This document shows, piece by piece, positions 12,648-27,942 of a stretch of DNA of 60,768 nucleotides. Source of the DNA: Vezdaea acicularis (lineage: Eukaryota); assembly GCA_026025075.1 (NCBI GenBank), contig JAPEUI010000098.1, forward strand, positions 1-60,768, read 5' to 3'. The position numbers were made by a program, and so were the translations under genes. Position 1 is the first letter of the stretch, and every line of letters begins with the position of its first letter. The notes beneath the pieces were generated by a model. The model had not been told where the DNA came from. It saw only the letters and a program-made list of their open reading frames with translations, and ran no database searches.

Positions 12648-15317
12648 ATGACTTACGGAGAAGTCGATTGGAAAGCTATCAACACTATCCGGGTGCTTGC
12701 TGTGAGTTGCCCCACCTTTGTAGCTGCTCCTCTTTGCTCGGGGCAGATTCATAGTCTCGGTGCTCGAACACGGCTCGTATAGCCTTGAACGGGCATGATT
12801 GTTATCGCTTGTTACTAGCTTTTGACTGAATCATTAGGTCGATGCCACGTTTACGGCAAACTCAGGGCATCCGGGCGCCCCGATGGGCCTAGCCCCTGCA
12901 GCCCATGTGCTCTTCAACAATATAATGCACTTCAATCCGAAAAATCCAGGCTGGGCAAATAGGGACAGATTTGTTCTATCGTAAGTCATACGTTCTGTCA
13001 ATGATTTGGAATATTAGAACGCAATTGGGAAGGCTATCGGAGCGGGCATTGCGGGGATTTCAGACCCAAGGGGGGTTTCGAAGACGGAGCGTATGCGCCC
13101 CTACTCAGAAGTCCGGTTCAACGTGTTGGTAATCTCATGATGTCTGCCGTGAGATACTCTAATTTGTTCCAATGAGCGTGCGGTATCAATATTCAGGCGC
13201 TTCAGAGATGGCCATTAGGACCATGTCCTAAATCTGTGTACATGCTGACCTGCTGGCCGGTCTACAGAAACGGACATGGCTGCATGCTGCAATATGGCAT
13301 TCTCCATCTTTTTGGCTACGCCATAAGTATAGATGATCTCAAGAAGTTCCGGGTAAGTCTCCGGCCCAAAGTAATCTCTGCAGCTAGATAGCCTGCTAAA
13401 CGTAAGTCTCATGATTTTAGACAGTCGATAGCATCACCCCGGGTCATCCGGAATCTCATGATACTCCAGGAATCGAGGTGACTACTGGACCGCTTGGCCA
13501 AGGATTTGCAAATGCTGTCGGGCTTGCCATGGCTCAGGCGCACTCAGCGTCAGTTTTCAACAAACCCGGTTTTGATATCTTCAACAATTATACATACTGT
13601 ATCTTTGGCGATGGGTGCGCAATGGAAGGTATTGCTAGTGAGGCTGCCAGCACTGCTGGTCACTTGCAGTTAGGAAATCTCATATGCTTGTACGATGACA
13701 ACCATATCTCAATTGGTACGGTCTAAACCGTTATGGCACTGAACCGCTTGCTAACAAATTCCGCGTAGACGGTGATACAATCGTGTCCTTCACTGAAGAT
13801 GTTCTGTTGCGCTTTGAGGCATATGGTTGGCATACCCAGTGGGTCAAGGATGGTGATCATGACTTAGCGGGTATTGAGGCTGCAATCAAGAAGGCGCAAG
13901 AGGTCAAGGATAAACCTTCAGTCATCAAAGTGACCACCACGATTGGATTTGGATCCAAGCTTCAAGGAACTGGTGGTGTTCACGGTAATCCCTTGAAAGC
14001 AGACGATTGTAAGGCTGTCAAGGAAAAGTTTGGCTTCAACCCAGAAGAGTTGTTTGCGGTTCCAAAAGAGGTTTATGAGCTCTACGGCAAACACGCTGCA
14101 GAGGGCGCCGCAAAGGAAAAAGAGTGGGAGCAATTGATGGAAAAGTACGGAAGTGAACATAAGGCCGAGCATGCAGACATTCTTCGACGCCTAAAGAACG
14201 ATCTTCCAGAAGGATGGGAGAAGAACCTACCAACGTATAAACCTGGCGATGCCGCAGTAGCCTCCCGGAAGCTGTCAGAAGCTGTCCTTGAAAAGATCCA
14301 CGCGGCAATTCCAGAACTTGTCGGAGGTTCTGCGGACCTGACGGGATCAAACAATACCCGGTGGAAGGACGCCGTAGCATTCGAGCCCCCAGCTATCAAG
14401 AAAAATGGCAAATCAATTGGCGACTGGTCCGGGCGATATATCCATTATGGAGTCCGCGAACACGCTATGGCTGGTATCATGAATGGGTTGGCAGCTTATG
14501 GCACTATCCTTCCATATGGTGGTACTTTCCTCAACTTTGTGTCCTATGCTGCTGGATCTGTTCGCCTTTCGTCTCTTTCTCAGAAACGGGTTATCTACGT
14601 CGCCACACACGACTCTATTGGTCTTGGTGAGGATGGTCCTACACATCAGCCCATCGAAACGTTGGCCCATTTCCGTGCGTTACCCAATATGATGGTGTGG
14701 CGTCCAGCCGATGGCAACGAAACCTCTGCAGCGTACTACGTTGCGTTGACGAGCAAGTCTACTCCCTCAATCCTGGCACTCACACGTCAAAATCTTCCCC
14801 AACTAGAAAATTCGACCATCGAACATGCCATCAAGGGTGGATACGTTGTTCATGAAGCCAAGGACGCCCATATCTCCCTCGTCTCTACTGGTTCAGAAGT
14901 CGGTATCTGTGTCGAAGCTGTAAAGTATCTTAAAGACAACCATAATGTGGATGCTCGAGTTGTCAGCATTCCATGTTTTGAGGTGTTCGATGCTCAATCC
15001 AAGGAATACAGGCTTAGCATACTCCCCGACGGTATTCCAAGCTTATCAGTGGAGGTCATGTCGACGATGGGCTGGGAGAGGTATACACATGAGCAGTTCG
15101 GTCTGAACCGGTTCGGAGCGTCGGGAGCCTACAAGGACGTATATAAGGTAATCAACCGTATGATGGACTTTTGAGCGATCGTAGAGCTGACTAAGGACCA
15201 CAGAAATTCGAGTTCACCCCCGAAGGAATTTCGAAGCGCGCAATTGCTACGATCGATTTCTACAAGGGCATTAAGGTCCGCTCTCCAATCAACCGCGCCT
15301 TCCAACAGCTCATCTAG
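12648..15317 (+). CDS. TKL1: Transketolase (multi-exon)
   Basis: [71 protein letters not shown]. Confidence 0.98.
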
Positions 15318-15613
15318 ACGTCAATCTCGTTGGTTCCTTTTGACCTGACGACTAGTGGGTACGGGACAGGTCGAAGTATACTGATTCTAAAATTGAAATT
15401 ATATATTTAGCTTTACGTGTATGCATTCAGTAGAAAGCAGAAAGTAGACTTAATATCAATTCGAGAGATCGTGCTTGTATGGAAATGGTATAGGCTTTGA
15501 GGTCTCTTACTATGCGAGAGCAATTCTACTAGGAAATTTTCTTCAGCATCGTTCTCTAATATCCACGAGCGCATGTCCTTTGTATTGCCCCGGACGCCCT
15601 TTCAAGTGCTGAT

Positions 15614-16054
15614 TTAGATCATGAGCCGTTCAACCTTATCCTTCAAACCCCTAATTTGGCCCATCAGATCACTCGCCTCATTCGTCGTGATGCTCGCCGA
15701 GATGACCGCCCTGCTAACCCCGCACGCCCTCCCCAGCGCCGTCTTGCTTGGCACGTACACATATGGCACATTCTTGTCCTCGCACAAGAGCGGTAGGTGT
15801 AGCAAGATCGCAAGCGGCGCCGTGTCGGCAGCTAGGATGATGATCTCGGAGATGCCGCGGTTGAGCGTCTTGGTTGCTTCGTTAGCACCTTTTTTGAGCT
15901 GGCGGTAATGCGAGGCTTGTTGCACAAGATCGAGGATCTCTTGCGTGAGCGCTGCGTCGGCGATGGGCCAGGCTTGATGTGGGAGTCAGTAGGATCAGAG
16001 GAAGGAGAAAAGGTGGGGGGCCATACCAGCGCTTGAGGGGACGTCTGTACTCAT
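15614..16054 (-). CDS. SNU13: Snu13/15.5K L7Ae RNA-binding protein (U4 snRNP, box C/D snoRNP); 1 intron
   Basis: [55 protein letters not shown]. Confidence 0.97.
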
Positions 16055-16700
16055 GATGTTGGTGTTAAAAGATCTGTTGTAGATGTGACGATGTTTTGGC
16101 GTTAGGTTCGAGATCTCTTTTGATCGGTGGAGTTAACGATTTTGGGGAAGTAGCAGCTGGAGCTCAAGAAATATGGCTGACAGAGGGTGTAAAAGGGGTT
16201 ATAGATGGCGTAAGAAGGTCTGAGACACAGGGTTCCTTGCGTTGGCTCGCCCTTGTGCTATTGATGTGTTCGCTGGATGGCTATCAACTGGCATTTAATT
16301 CACTTCCAAAAAAGCTTCTTGAACATTTCGCAAGTTGATGCGGTCACGTGGCTTAATCACGAAGGTCCTACAAATATACTTCTAATAGATACTATCTTGC
16401 CACCCGTTGAACTGAAGTAAGAAGATACTATCACGTATATGTCCTGCAGGAAAGATGCCTCTTTTTTCGATCTTTTTGGGGGCTATGCGTAGTCTGAGCT
16501 CGTGATTCATCTCCGCGAACCGCAGGCAAAGCTCGGCTTCGCTTCAAAGCTCGCGGCCTTTGGTCCTTCGTCGTCACCATCACGAACGAACTACCCTTCC
16601 CGTAATCATATCTCCCGCCATCGATCTCAGGATAGTCTAAGCGTCCCCGAAGCTTTCCTTATCAATCTATTCTATCTAATTCTGCTTCCAACGAGTCGAG

Positions 16701-17608
16701 ATGGCGTCTGAGTTGTGGTATGAAACCCCTTCCGGCTCATTATCAGAATGATCCGTTTTTGCGATAAGCCTCGTCTTTAGAGGATGTGCCTACAATGACG
16801 TTGGCAGTAAATGTACTTTAATGAGAGACCATGCTGACAAGAGACTGCTTACAGCCCCGTATATGCTGTTAGTTTCCCCTACAAGCGCTCTTTCACAAAT
16901 AAGTTGATGGGCTGCTTGGCTGGAGTTTGGCTTCGGCACTCGTCACCTATTCATATGATGACCCTATGGGTAACTTCATACTGACTCTTCCATCCAGCCG
17001 TTCTTCGGAGCGATGGGCTGTACATCTGCCATCGTCTTCACCTGCTTCGGTGCGGCCTATGGTACCGCAAAGTCCGGCGTCGGCATATCAGCCATGGGTG
17101 TTCTCCGACCAGACCTGATCGTCAAGAGTAGGGAGCATGTCTTTCAATACCATCAAAGAGGTTGCTAAATCGTTCTTAGACATCGTCCCCGTCATCATGG
17201 CTGGTATCTTGGGTATCTACGGCCTTGTCGTCTCAGTGCTTATCTCTGGTGATCTCTCGCAGAAATACGCGCTGTATACAGGTTTCGTCCAATTGGGCGC
17301 CGGGCTGAGTGTCGGCCTCTCTGGTCTCGCTGCTGGGTATGTTTGCTACGTCCTAAATTTTCCCCGCCTTTGCTGCCCTGCCCCTACTTCCGTACCTTTG
17401 CTGCGAATACCTAGAGGACTAACACCGATATATCAGCTTCGCCATTGGCATCGTCGGCGACGCAGGTGTCCGCGGCTCCGCACAACAACCACGCCTATTC
17501 GTCGGCATGATCCTCATTCTCATTTTCGCCGAAGTATTGGGTCTGTACGGGCTCATCGTGGCGCTGCTAATGAACTCGCGGGCCTCGCTCGATCTCGACC
17601 CTTGCTAG
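16701..17608 (+). CDS. VMA3: V-ATPase 16-kDa proteolipid subunit c; includes a 13-nt micro-exon 16855-16867
   Basis: Spliced [68 protein letters not shown]. Confidence 0.95.
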
Positions 17609-18307
17609 ATTGACCTGCCGCTGAGGGGCGAAGCGGACATGGATCTGAGGTCGAGCGTTCAATTATGGGATCTCAGTGCCGGGCATGATCATCGGATGGT
17701 GACGGAAAGGGTTATGGGGGTGTATTGGCGGCCGCTGTCAACGTCTATGTATATGGGACATGTGACAGAACCGTTCGCACGGAAATCAGTGTGTGTATGT
17801 GTGGAGAGAGATAGCCGTCCACGAAAAGGTCGGCTCTGTATCCTAGATCACTTTTCCTTGTCTTTTTTTTGGCCCTCGCGAGCAGTGCTACTTGATCTAA
17901 TATAAAAATGTCTATACGCCACCCCGGCCCCTACGTTTTACGTGTTTCCTCCACGTTTGGTAGACGGGAACGCAGTTGTACTTTCACGGAATTGAACGAA
18001 ACGGGTTGACTTTTGAAGGTGGGGGTGGGAATGGTCATGCATGTCTCGTATCTACAGCTGCTGCGCTTTCCGTCCTGGCTAGGAGACTTAAACAACCCCT
18101 TCCTACCCTTTCGCTCTTGTGAGAATCGCCCCAGACAGAAAGGAAAAACGCAATTAAATGCAGCTCCACTTCCCCACGCCTCCTATTTCCTAGATGTCGT
18201 ATCCTCGCATCGACTATTCTGCCTCTTCTCCCCGACTACCTAACCCTCCTTCCCCTTCCCCTTCCGACCTATTCCCCACTCCAAACGCACACACAAAAAA
18301 GAGGCGC

Positions 18308-19606
18308 TTACGTCCTATCCAGCTTCCGCCTAAGATTCCTCGTCCGCCGCATCAACTTCTTATATTTATGCTTCTTCATCTTCAGACGTCGTTGACGCTT
18401 CGTGCTGATGGTATACCAGACCGTGGCATCGCCCTCGTCCGTCTCTTTCGCCCACCGCTCGGCCCGTCGCGCGCGGCGTTCGCGGACGGAGATTCTGCCT
18501 TCGCTTTCGCGGGAGGAGGAGAAGGGGGCGGAGGTGGAGACTTCGCTGATATCTCGGATCGTGAGGGCAGTATCTCCGTTTGGTAGCGTGGCCGTCGAGA
18601 AGGTCGCGAGGAATTGGTGAGTTCGCTCCTCCTCTTCAAAGAATTGTGCAGTTTGGGCGTGCTTGGTGCTCGTGGAGGAGGGCAGGTCGGCGGCGGCGAG
18701 GGATAGGGAGGGATTTGGTAGAGGGGAGGGTGCAGGAGGTGGGTTGAAGGGGCGGTACCGTTGGCCTATGAGGACGCCGCTGCTACTGTCGACGTCTGAG
18801 GGATTGACGTCGTCGAGGTTGTGCACGATGTTATTGGGGTGTGCAGCGGCAGCGCCCTCTATGGCGGAGCGGAGGTCGGCATGTTCGGCTTGAGTTAGCT
18901 GGCGGGATTGGTGGTTATTGTTGTTGCTGTTGCCGGGGTGGTGCGTTTGGCTGGATTGGGTGAGGGCGTTAACGACGTTGGTAAGGGTCGACACGACGGT
19001 CTCTGGTGACCGCTGTTGTTGCTGCTGCTGTTTGAAATGTGAGACTGCCGCCGAGGAAGAGCGCGAGGTGAAGATTTGGGAGAAAGAGTTTGCGCTGGAG
19101 GTAGTGGGGATAGCATGGGTGACGGAGATGGGACGGTGTTGGGAGAAGAAGGCCGATACCATTATGTCTAGCGTGGAGTATATGAGCTGACAATCTCTTA
19201 TTCATCACGGGCCTAATCCAGGGGAACACGACGAACCATTGGGATGTAAATGATGTGTACTCGGCACACTGGGGAGCGCCAATGCTGTCTCCACTAGCAC
19301 TTCATCCTTCTTTGCCAATTCCTGAGCGTCTTTGGCTCCTCGCCGCCTTCCAGCCTTAGTCGGCGGCTTCTTCTCCGGCGCCACTGCAGCCGTATCCGTA
19401 GTTGCGGCCGGAGCAGAGCCTTGCTGCCTTAAAGGTGTCGAGTCATCTGAAGTGCCCGACGGTTTCGACGATGAGGAGTTCGCCCGTTGATGCGAGCGAG
19501 TGGTGAGGGGACGGATGATAGCACTGCCAAGGGCTTGTGTCGTCGAGGTGGTGAAGGGCTGGGAGCGCCGTAGGCGGGAGATACGGGCGACGGAGGAGGA
19601 CATCAT
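18308..19606 (-). CDS. Mitochondrial small ribosomal subunit mS38 / COX24-like (DUF1713) protein; 1 intron
   Basis: Arg/Ser-rich presequence, LPSVPST.HL, FFSQHRPIS, and C-terminal ISTKRQRRLKMKKHKYKKLMRRTR. Confidence 0.85.
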
Positions 19607-20311
19607 GATTTTAGGAGAGGAGGGCAGAGCAGGAAGAGGTGCTCTTATCGCCCCGGGGAAGGCAATGGAGTTGAGACTTGGTTGAGCCCTTTGGTGAATG
19701 AAGCCTGGGGCGAGGTGAGTCGCTTGTCAGCTGCGGATTTTCATCACGTGGTGCCACGACATTCTCGGTCTAGCACCCTATGGCATTCCGACGTCATTTC
19801 GAGAGGGAGTTAGTTCACAACTGAAGCTGATCTCAAATTCTTTATGGCGCGTGAAGCGTGAAACATGCTATATATCATTTTTTAGGCGTACAACCTATGT
19901 ACATGACAACCACGACAGCCATACGCAAATATATCAGAGCGCCATATGTGTTGCGAGATGATCATAGGACGACCAATCCACATACATTTCCCCTAAACTA
20001 TGTGTCGAACAAAAAGGTGCGATCTTGGAAGTGGGCCCCCCCCAGATACTGATGAGGACGAACGTAACTTCAGAGGTATGGTCCCTTTTTGGCTTCATAC
20101 TCCGAGTGACGGGATCCGCCTTTGAACCTTCCCAATGCGCCACGCAAAGCAAGCCATGCCGGATGTCCTCAGGAGAGAAAAAGCCTAAGTTGGTCAAGAA
20201 TAGAAATCGCTCAAGGCGTATACAGCACCTCAAATCAGGGCGGATAGGTGGGACTGGATCAAAAGTCAACCATCGCCGTACATCTGAGTGGAGTACATTC
20301 GCCGAGAAATC

Positions 20312-21612
20312 CTACAAGATGAGTTGATGCAGGTTCCGTTGGATGATCATATCCTGTACGCTCGTCATCGTAATCTTTAGGAGATTGGTGTCGGTAGCGT
20401 TCGTGAAGTGTGTATAGATATCCTTCTGCGGGTTTCGGTTGAGCCCACGGAACTTCTCTTTGAAAAATGTCCCCGCAACCTTAGGGTCCGTTGGGTCTCC
20501 CGTATAATCTGGAAAATACTGCGGAATAGGGCTTGTTGCAATCTTATCCCGGAAGAGATCCATCTTGTTGAGGAAGAGAATCAGGGCCGATTTGGTGAAC
20601 CATTGCGAGTTCGCGATCGATTCGAATAGCATGAGCGCTTCTTGCATTTGGTTCTAAAGAGCATTAGCAATCGATAAAGTTTCCCGTGTTCAAAGTGCCT
20701 CACTCCGTCTTTGTCTTCTACGAGGCATTGGTCGTATCCACTGATCGCTACCAAGAAGAGAAGACAGTTCACCGCTTCGAAGCAATGAATCCACTTCTTC
20801 CGCTCCGACCGTTGTCCGCCAACATCAAACATGCGGTAGGTCAGAGAGCCTAGCTCAAAGATTGTTTCGGTGATTCCTGTGGTGCGAAGTCGCGATCGTA
20901 AAACGTCCTGGTCGGTCGGCACGTAATCTTTCGCGAATAGCCTGTCGAGATCCCAGAAAAAGCTTCACTATATTAGCAGCTGGCCGGCTTAGTAACTAGA
21001 TGCAGGCCATGTACTCACTATGTAAGGTTGTCGTGCAAGGCGTACTCATTGCCCCGCGTAATCGCCTCTTTCACTCCTTTATCTGCCCATAGGGCCTTGA
21101 ATGCTGGCAAATAGTCCAATGGCAGCGGCTCTTTGTGAGTGATCTCCTTGTCCAACATAACCAAGGCTGCATATTGCTGCAGAAGGATGATGGTCAGATC
21201 TCGACTACTCTATACCAATATCCTAACACAGGGTTTGGCTCACCTCATTGTCCGGGTTGTCCAATGATATCTCAAGCTCATCCATTGCGTCCATGATAAC
21301 TTTGAATGCGTTGTTGATGTTCCCGAAGATGATGCATCGCCATTCGTCCCGTTCTGTCCTCGAAAAGCCTTGGGCGTATATCAATTTCATCTGCTTCAGG
21401 ACGGTGGATTTCCCGCTCTCTCCAGCGCCTGCAATTTGATAGGTCAGACCAATTGGCCGTAGAAAATAACAATATGGATATGACGTACCAAGCAGAAGTA
21501 GTTTCACCTCCCTATTCATTCTTTTTTCATCACTGCGGATCATCTTGTCGATTTCCCGGTTGCGGGCGCTGCCAGCGGCAAGCTCATCTTCATCCCCTCC
21601 GCCGAAACACAT
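20312..21612 (-). CDS. gna-2: Heterotrimeric G-protein alpha subunit, fungal group II (GNA-2/GanA-like)
   Basis: [47 protein letters not shown]. The N-terminus MCFG has no Gly2 myristoylation site, as in group II. Confidence 0.93.
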
Positions 21613-24600
21613 CTTGAAGATTGACGCCGTGATGATTGAAAGGAGATGAACAAATGTAAGTCTAGCCCCTGTTCCAGCACCATCAACCGAACGACCACAC
21701 GACGGATATCTGTTCTGTTGTAATGTTGTATACGCCCTTACGATGTGTTATTGATGGTAGTGTACAAGCTGCGATCAAGCCTGGCCGATGGTTGGTCGGA
21801 AAAAGGACAACGGTTTTCCCTCAGCTGCGACCGCCCTTCGAAGCGAGACGCTGCAAGCGAGGCGGGCGCACGAGAGCTGGGATCTGATATATCCAGTCGT
21901 CCAGGTGTTTCACCCAATGGGATGAAGAGGTCTCGATTGGAAACGGTCGTGCTGGAGACGCGAATGAAACTGGAGGCTTTGCGATTGAAGGTGCAGGAAG
22001 GAGGGTTGCGGGGAGTTGCCCGGTGAAGAGACGATGGACAGAAAGAAAGCTGGTTCAAGCAGGTCGAGCGGCAGGAATGCTCGCGTCGGCGGGCTGTAGC
22101 TAAAGGCGGGGCCAATCGATGGTCAAGCCGGACGGACACGAAGGTACCATCGACGCTTGCGCCGCTCGAAGGGCGGGAGAGGAGGGAAATACGAAAGACA
22201 ATCGGCGTGAGCGGAGGGCCGCACGCGCAACAGGACGGAAGATGCTTCAGCGGCTTGCCAGAGCTGTCGACACGAAGAGGAAGGCAACGCGACGCTGATG
22301 GCGACGATGAAACAACGAGCAGCGATTCCGGCGACGAAGATGGGGGACGGAGGGGGATAAGGCCTGTTAAAAGTACGGCGAATCCGGCAGGAGCATGGTG
22401 GGATCATTAAACATCATGATGACTGGTGGCTGGCGCCAGGTCCGGTCTCTTTCTGCGTCTGGCTATCTGTCTCTTGGTCGGAGTGGCGGACGGGCACGAT
22501 CAAGGGGACGATGTCTGGGAGGCCGGTCGAAGGGCCGCGCGGGAGAGACTACCGTAGCCCGGGCTTGGGGGAAACGTGCGGCCATCTTCTTTGCATCAAC
22601 GTCCCGTCCAGCCCTCCCCGGGTTTACGGGTCCGCGGGAGGAGCTAGGAGTGGACGTCTGATTCCGGATACGTTTGATAAATCGCCGGCGCACGATCCTC
22701 ACCGAATCAACAAATGGGGGGGGCAGACGAGGACGAATGGGGACCCACCGCCCGGCGAATTCCATCTCGTCGCTCGTCTAGAGGAGACTTTATGGACGTG
22801 TGAAAGGCGGTGGGAGGAGGCAACACTTGGCTCAACGCTCGAGTCGAAGCAAGATCTGCCCGACGCCCCGGCGAGCCACCAGAATTGCTTTTCCCTTTTT
22901 CGCTTTTTGCCTTTTTCGCAACAGCACCATCCAGCTCTCCCTCACTCTTAAGCACACAAGAGCCGACCCCGACGTCAAGCAGTCCTCTTAGTGGTGTCAC
23001 CAACCCTTCTAGCCACTTCCTCCGCAGACGGCGCTCGCACGCATGCGCTCCCGTGAAGATACCGCGCCCACTCGCCTCTCTCTCCATGCTGCCTGCAGGA
23101 GGCGTATTGAGTAGCCTCACCTCCATGGACTCGTCTCCATCCTCGTCGTTATAGGCTGAATGGGGAGGCTTAGTCCGGTGTAAATGAAGGCATTCGACCG
23201 GAGGATGAGGGCCGGGACCAAGGACGGACGAGCAGATGTGACGGAAGGCGCTTGATGGCCACTCCCATAGATCCATGTCGGAGCCTGAGGGGTGATTATA
23301 GTGCATGCCTCAGCAGCTTCCCTGTCCCCACGTTTTTGACCGTGTCGCAGTATTTCCTTTCGTTCCTGTCGCTCGTGTCAGCTTGGGAAGGGCGCTGCTG
23401 CGTCCGGTATCCATGTTCATTCGTGGTCGCGCATGCGTGCTGCAGGCAGCTTCCCTCGACCACCGGCATCCTGCTTCCATTTCCCATCTCCCCTTTCCCC
23501 GTTTCACGGATGCTGGGTGGGCGTCCGCGACGTCTGGGATGTTTAAGCGATGCGACACAGGACAATACGACAATTAAGCCTTCAACAGGCATCCAGAGCG
23601 CCAAAAGGTGTAGCTGGCCGGCGTACGCTTTCTGCGAGAATGAGCGTCGAGCCGCGGCCGTCGAGTTGCGACCGAGCCATCTCAGGTTGGGGGGTGTTAA
23701 AGGCGATTGCTCGTGAGTGGTCGGTAGCTTTACGCCGCACGCCGTTCCATTCACTGGTGGACCAGATGTGCATCTGGGGATCTTGCGCTCTCCTTCCAAT
23801 CATGCACGACCCGAAATGTTCGGGACGTCAGAAAATTGAAAGTCGCAGACACGCCGCGTTGCTTTTTCCGCCCCCGCAATCGTCGAGGGCTTGTCAGGAC
23901 ACCAGATCGATCGGGTGGGGAGCACGGCCGACCTTTGCCTTTCCGCTACCAGCCCGTCAAATCAGAAAGGGCATCTTTTTCCCTATCCAGCGGATGTCTC
24001 GTGGCGCTACGAATCAGAGCGAAACGATACCGGCCTCCATCTGCGTCTGATCGCCATGGCCGCGGCACCGATCGTGCACCACTCTATCGGACCGCCGCGA
24101 GCCCTGTGCTCGGTCCCCGAGGAACGTCCAATTAGTCGATCGAAAATAGGACTCCGCCAGTCCAAGCTGGATGGCCGAGATCAGTTGTGGAGATTGTTGG
24201 TCGCATGGCAGTGCGGGTAGCCACGTGTGCGGATCGAGCCAAGAGAGGGCGTGGATGGGCGTGCCCATGGAGTTGGGAAGATTGATCGATGCAAAAGGCG
24301 CACCTTTCTCCGCAAATGAAGCAGCCGCAGTAGAATCCGCCGTCTGCGGGCGAGGGGAAGACTAGGAGAAAAGGTCTCTGTGGTTACTATATATCTAACT
24401 CGCCTGAAATACGGAATGTAAACCGCATTACCTTCGCACAGGCAAACGGTCCGTGCTTTCTGGTCCGCAGAGATGAGACAGCACGATGATCGCCCGACTA
24501 CTTACCGTAGTCATACGTCGATGTGCCTGATACGGACGCTTTCCAAGCCTCGATCTTGGAATGGTGTGACCACTTACAATTGACGACATGACCGCAGCTC

Positions 24601-25693
24601 GGATGTATTTTGATCTCCACCCATCCCTCATTGACAAGGTACTATTAGCTTTTGGTGAGATGAGGTGACCATCTCATACGCAGTTAGCCAAAGAAGCTTT
24701 CTTCTACCTGACGCAGGGGTTGTCGTCATTAGGGGCAGCGACTAAACTCTGTTGCCCTTTCAACTCCAGCTTAAGATAACGATAGCTGCCGATATGACCT
24801 TTTCCGCCAATGGTGTTCCGGCTCCAAGCCATCATACTTCGCCGAAGGTTCACTACCACTGACCTTGTTCGACGGAGGATTTAGCGAAATGGAGCATATC
24901 TTATTCCCGGATGGACTGACTTTCGGAAGCGTTATGTAATTTGATCGCTGGTTACTGAAGGACTAGATTGTCGTACCTGCGCTCGAGTACCGCTACGATA
25001 TTAACCGTCGCGGGTTCGATGGCGAGATAGGCCCGATTGCAGGCTAGTTGGGCTCTTAAACCCTCCCAATCACCGCGGTACTTCCTCCCAGCTTTACATA
25101 GAATATCCTGGGTGGATCGGCGTTGTGTTCGAGACCATCCCGTACGCTATTTTGTTTTGTCATGGACTAAGTAGTGGTACCTCGCCATACGCGGGAACGC
25201 TACGGTATTTATCCATTGATTGGTATCTAAAAGAAGCCGTTGTTGCGCTGCTAGTCCATCATATGCTTCAAGTGCGATGAGCATCCATCTTGTGTTCTTA
25301 GAGTCCACCGGAGCACTGCCCTACCAATTGTGGTGATATCGCAGAACACGCTGCCTGAATGGGTTCGGAGTGGCTGGATTTTCACTGCTGACCACTCAGT
25401 ACCCCGACTCGGGAGAAGCCGTCTGTAATGGGCTTTGCAACCAATCCCATCACTCGCTTCGGGCATCAATCCGGGAATTTTTTTGAGATGCCCCGCCAAA
25501 ACAAACCAGATGTTTCTCATAAAAATTTCTTCCATCATACGCCAATAATCGCGCAGAAACCTTTAACTTCCTCACAAGGGCATTGAGACCGTTCCGTAGC
25601 TCTTCAAAGGTCTGCTGCAACCTTCAGCCAAATACTTCGGTCTGGCAAGCCCTCGGATTCTCTGGAATCACCCCACATACCCGAAGACTTACA

Positions 25694-26984
<1,291 letters not shown>

Positions 26985-27542
26985 GAAGGATGATTGCAGT
27001 TAGGTGACAAAGGATGTTAGCTGGAAAGTCGGTATGATGGAGTCTGCAAAGGTCGTGCATTATGAGCTTGTTGTCCGGCACTATTGCGATACCCAAGGCA
27101 TTCTGCTCCGTACTATAGGTCAAAACCATTGCACGATTCCAAATCGTATCCCTTCTGTCTGGTGATTGGAGTAGTTTATACTTTCGCTTTCTGCTCACCA
27201 CTCAGCTTCCTTCCTCCACCCCATAAGATCACTCTTCCTCGAAGCCAACCAACTAGTCCAGAGGGGCAAACTAGCTCCGTATCCTTGCTACGGATGAAAT
27301 CTTAACCTGACACGCCTCTATAGCGTGGAATCAATGCAATTTGCAGCATCACGTGCTCGCGCGCCTTGCGACGCGATGACTCAAATCGCTAACGCGATCG
27401 TCTTATACCCGTCCCCGCGTCAAGTCTCTTCTGTCTACATTTTCTGTCTCCAGGTCCATCCCTCTGCGGCATCTAGAGCTACCGGCACTCAGGTCTACTT
27501 TCACATTCAAACAACATTCTTACCATCAGATAAATCTTAGCA

Positions 27543-27942
27543 ATGACTGTAACACCTTACCAAGAAGTCTGCCCCCATCCGTTTGCCCTCCAATCCCCCA
27601 TCAACCAGTGAGCTAACGCTTCTCCAGAAAGTCTATACCCTCCTCAGCCAAATTCCCCGTGGCCGCGTAACAACTTACGCCTATCTTTCCGCCGCTCTCT
27701 CTTCTTCCCCGCGCGCCATCGGTGGTGCCTGTCGGCGCAACCCTTTCGCGCCCGAAGTGCCCTGCCACCGCGTCATTGCAAGTAACGGGTTTATCGGCGG
27801 CTTTCAGGGCGACTGGAGGAACGCCCCGAGTGGAATCAACTGCGACAAGAAGTTGAAATTATTGGAGGAAGAGGGTGTCAGCTTTGATGAGAGAGGTGTA
27901 CTAAAGGAGGGGGAGAGGGTTTGGAATGGGTTTGTGGTATGA
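27543..27942 (+). CDS. MGT1: O6-methylguanine-DNA methyltransferase (single-domain); 1 intron ~27567-27627
   Basis: Spliced MTVTPYQEKVY..IPRGRVTTY..SPRAIG..NPFAPEVPCHRV with the catalytic Cys. Confidence 0.88.

Noticed and set aside
25005..25030. GGTTCGAT as a tRNA T-loop
   Set aside because: No T-stem closure or cloverleaf in the flanks.
27543..27942. Alkyltransferase-like (ATL) non-catalytic protein
   Set aside because: The active site reads PCHRV (Cys), not PWHRV.
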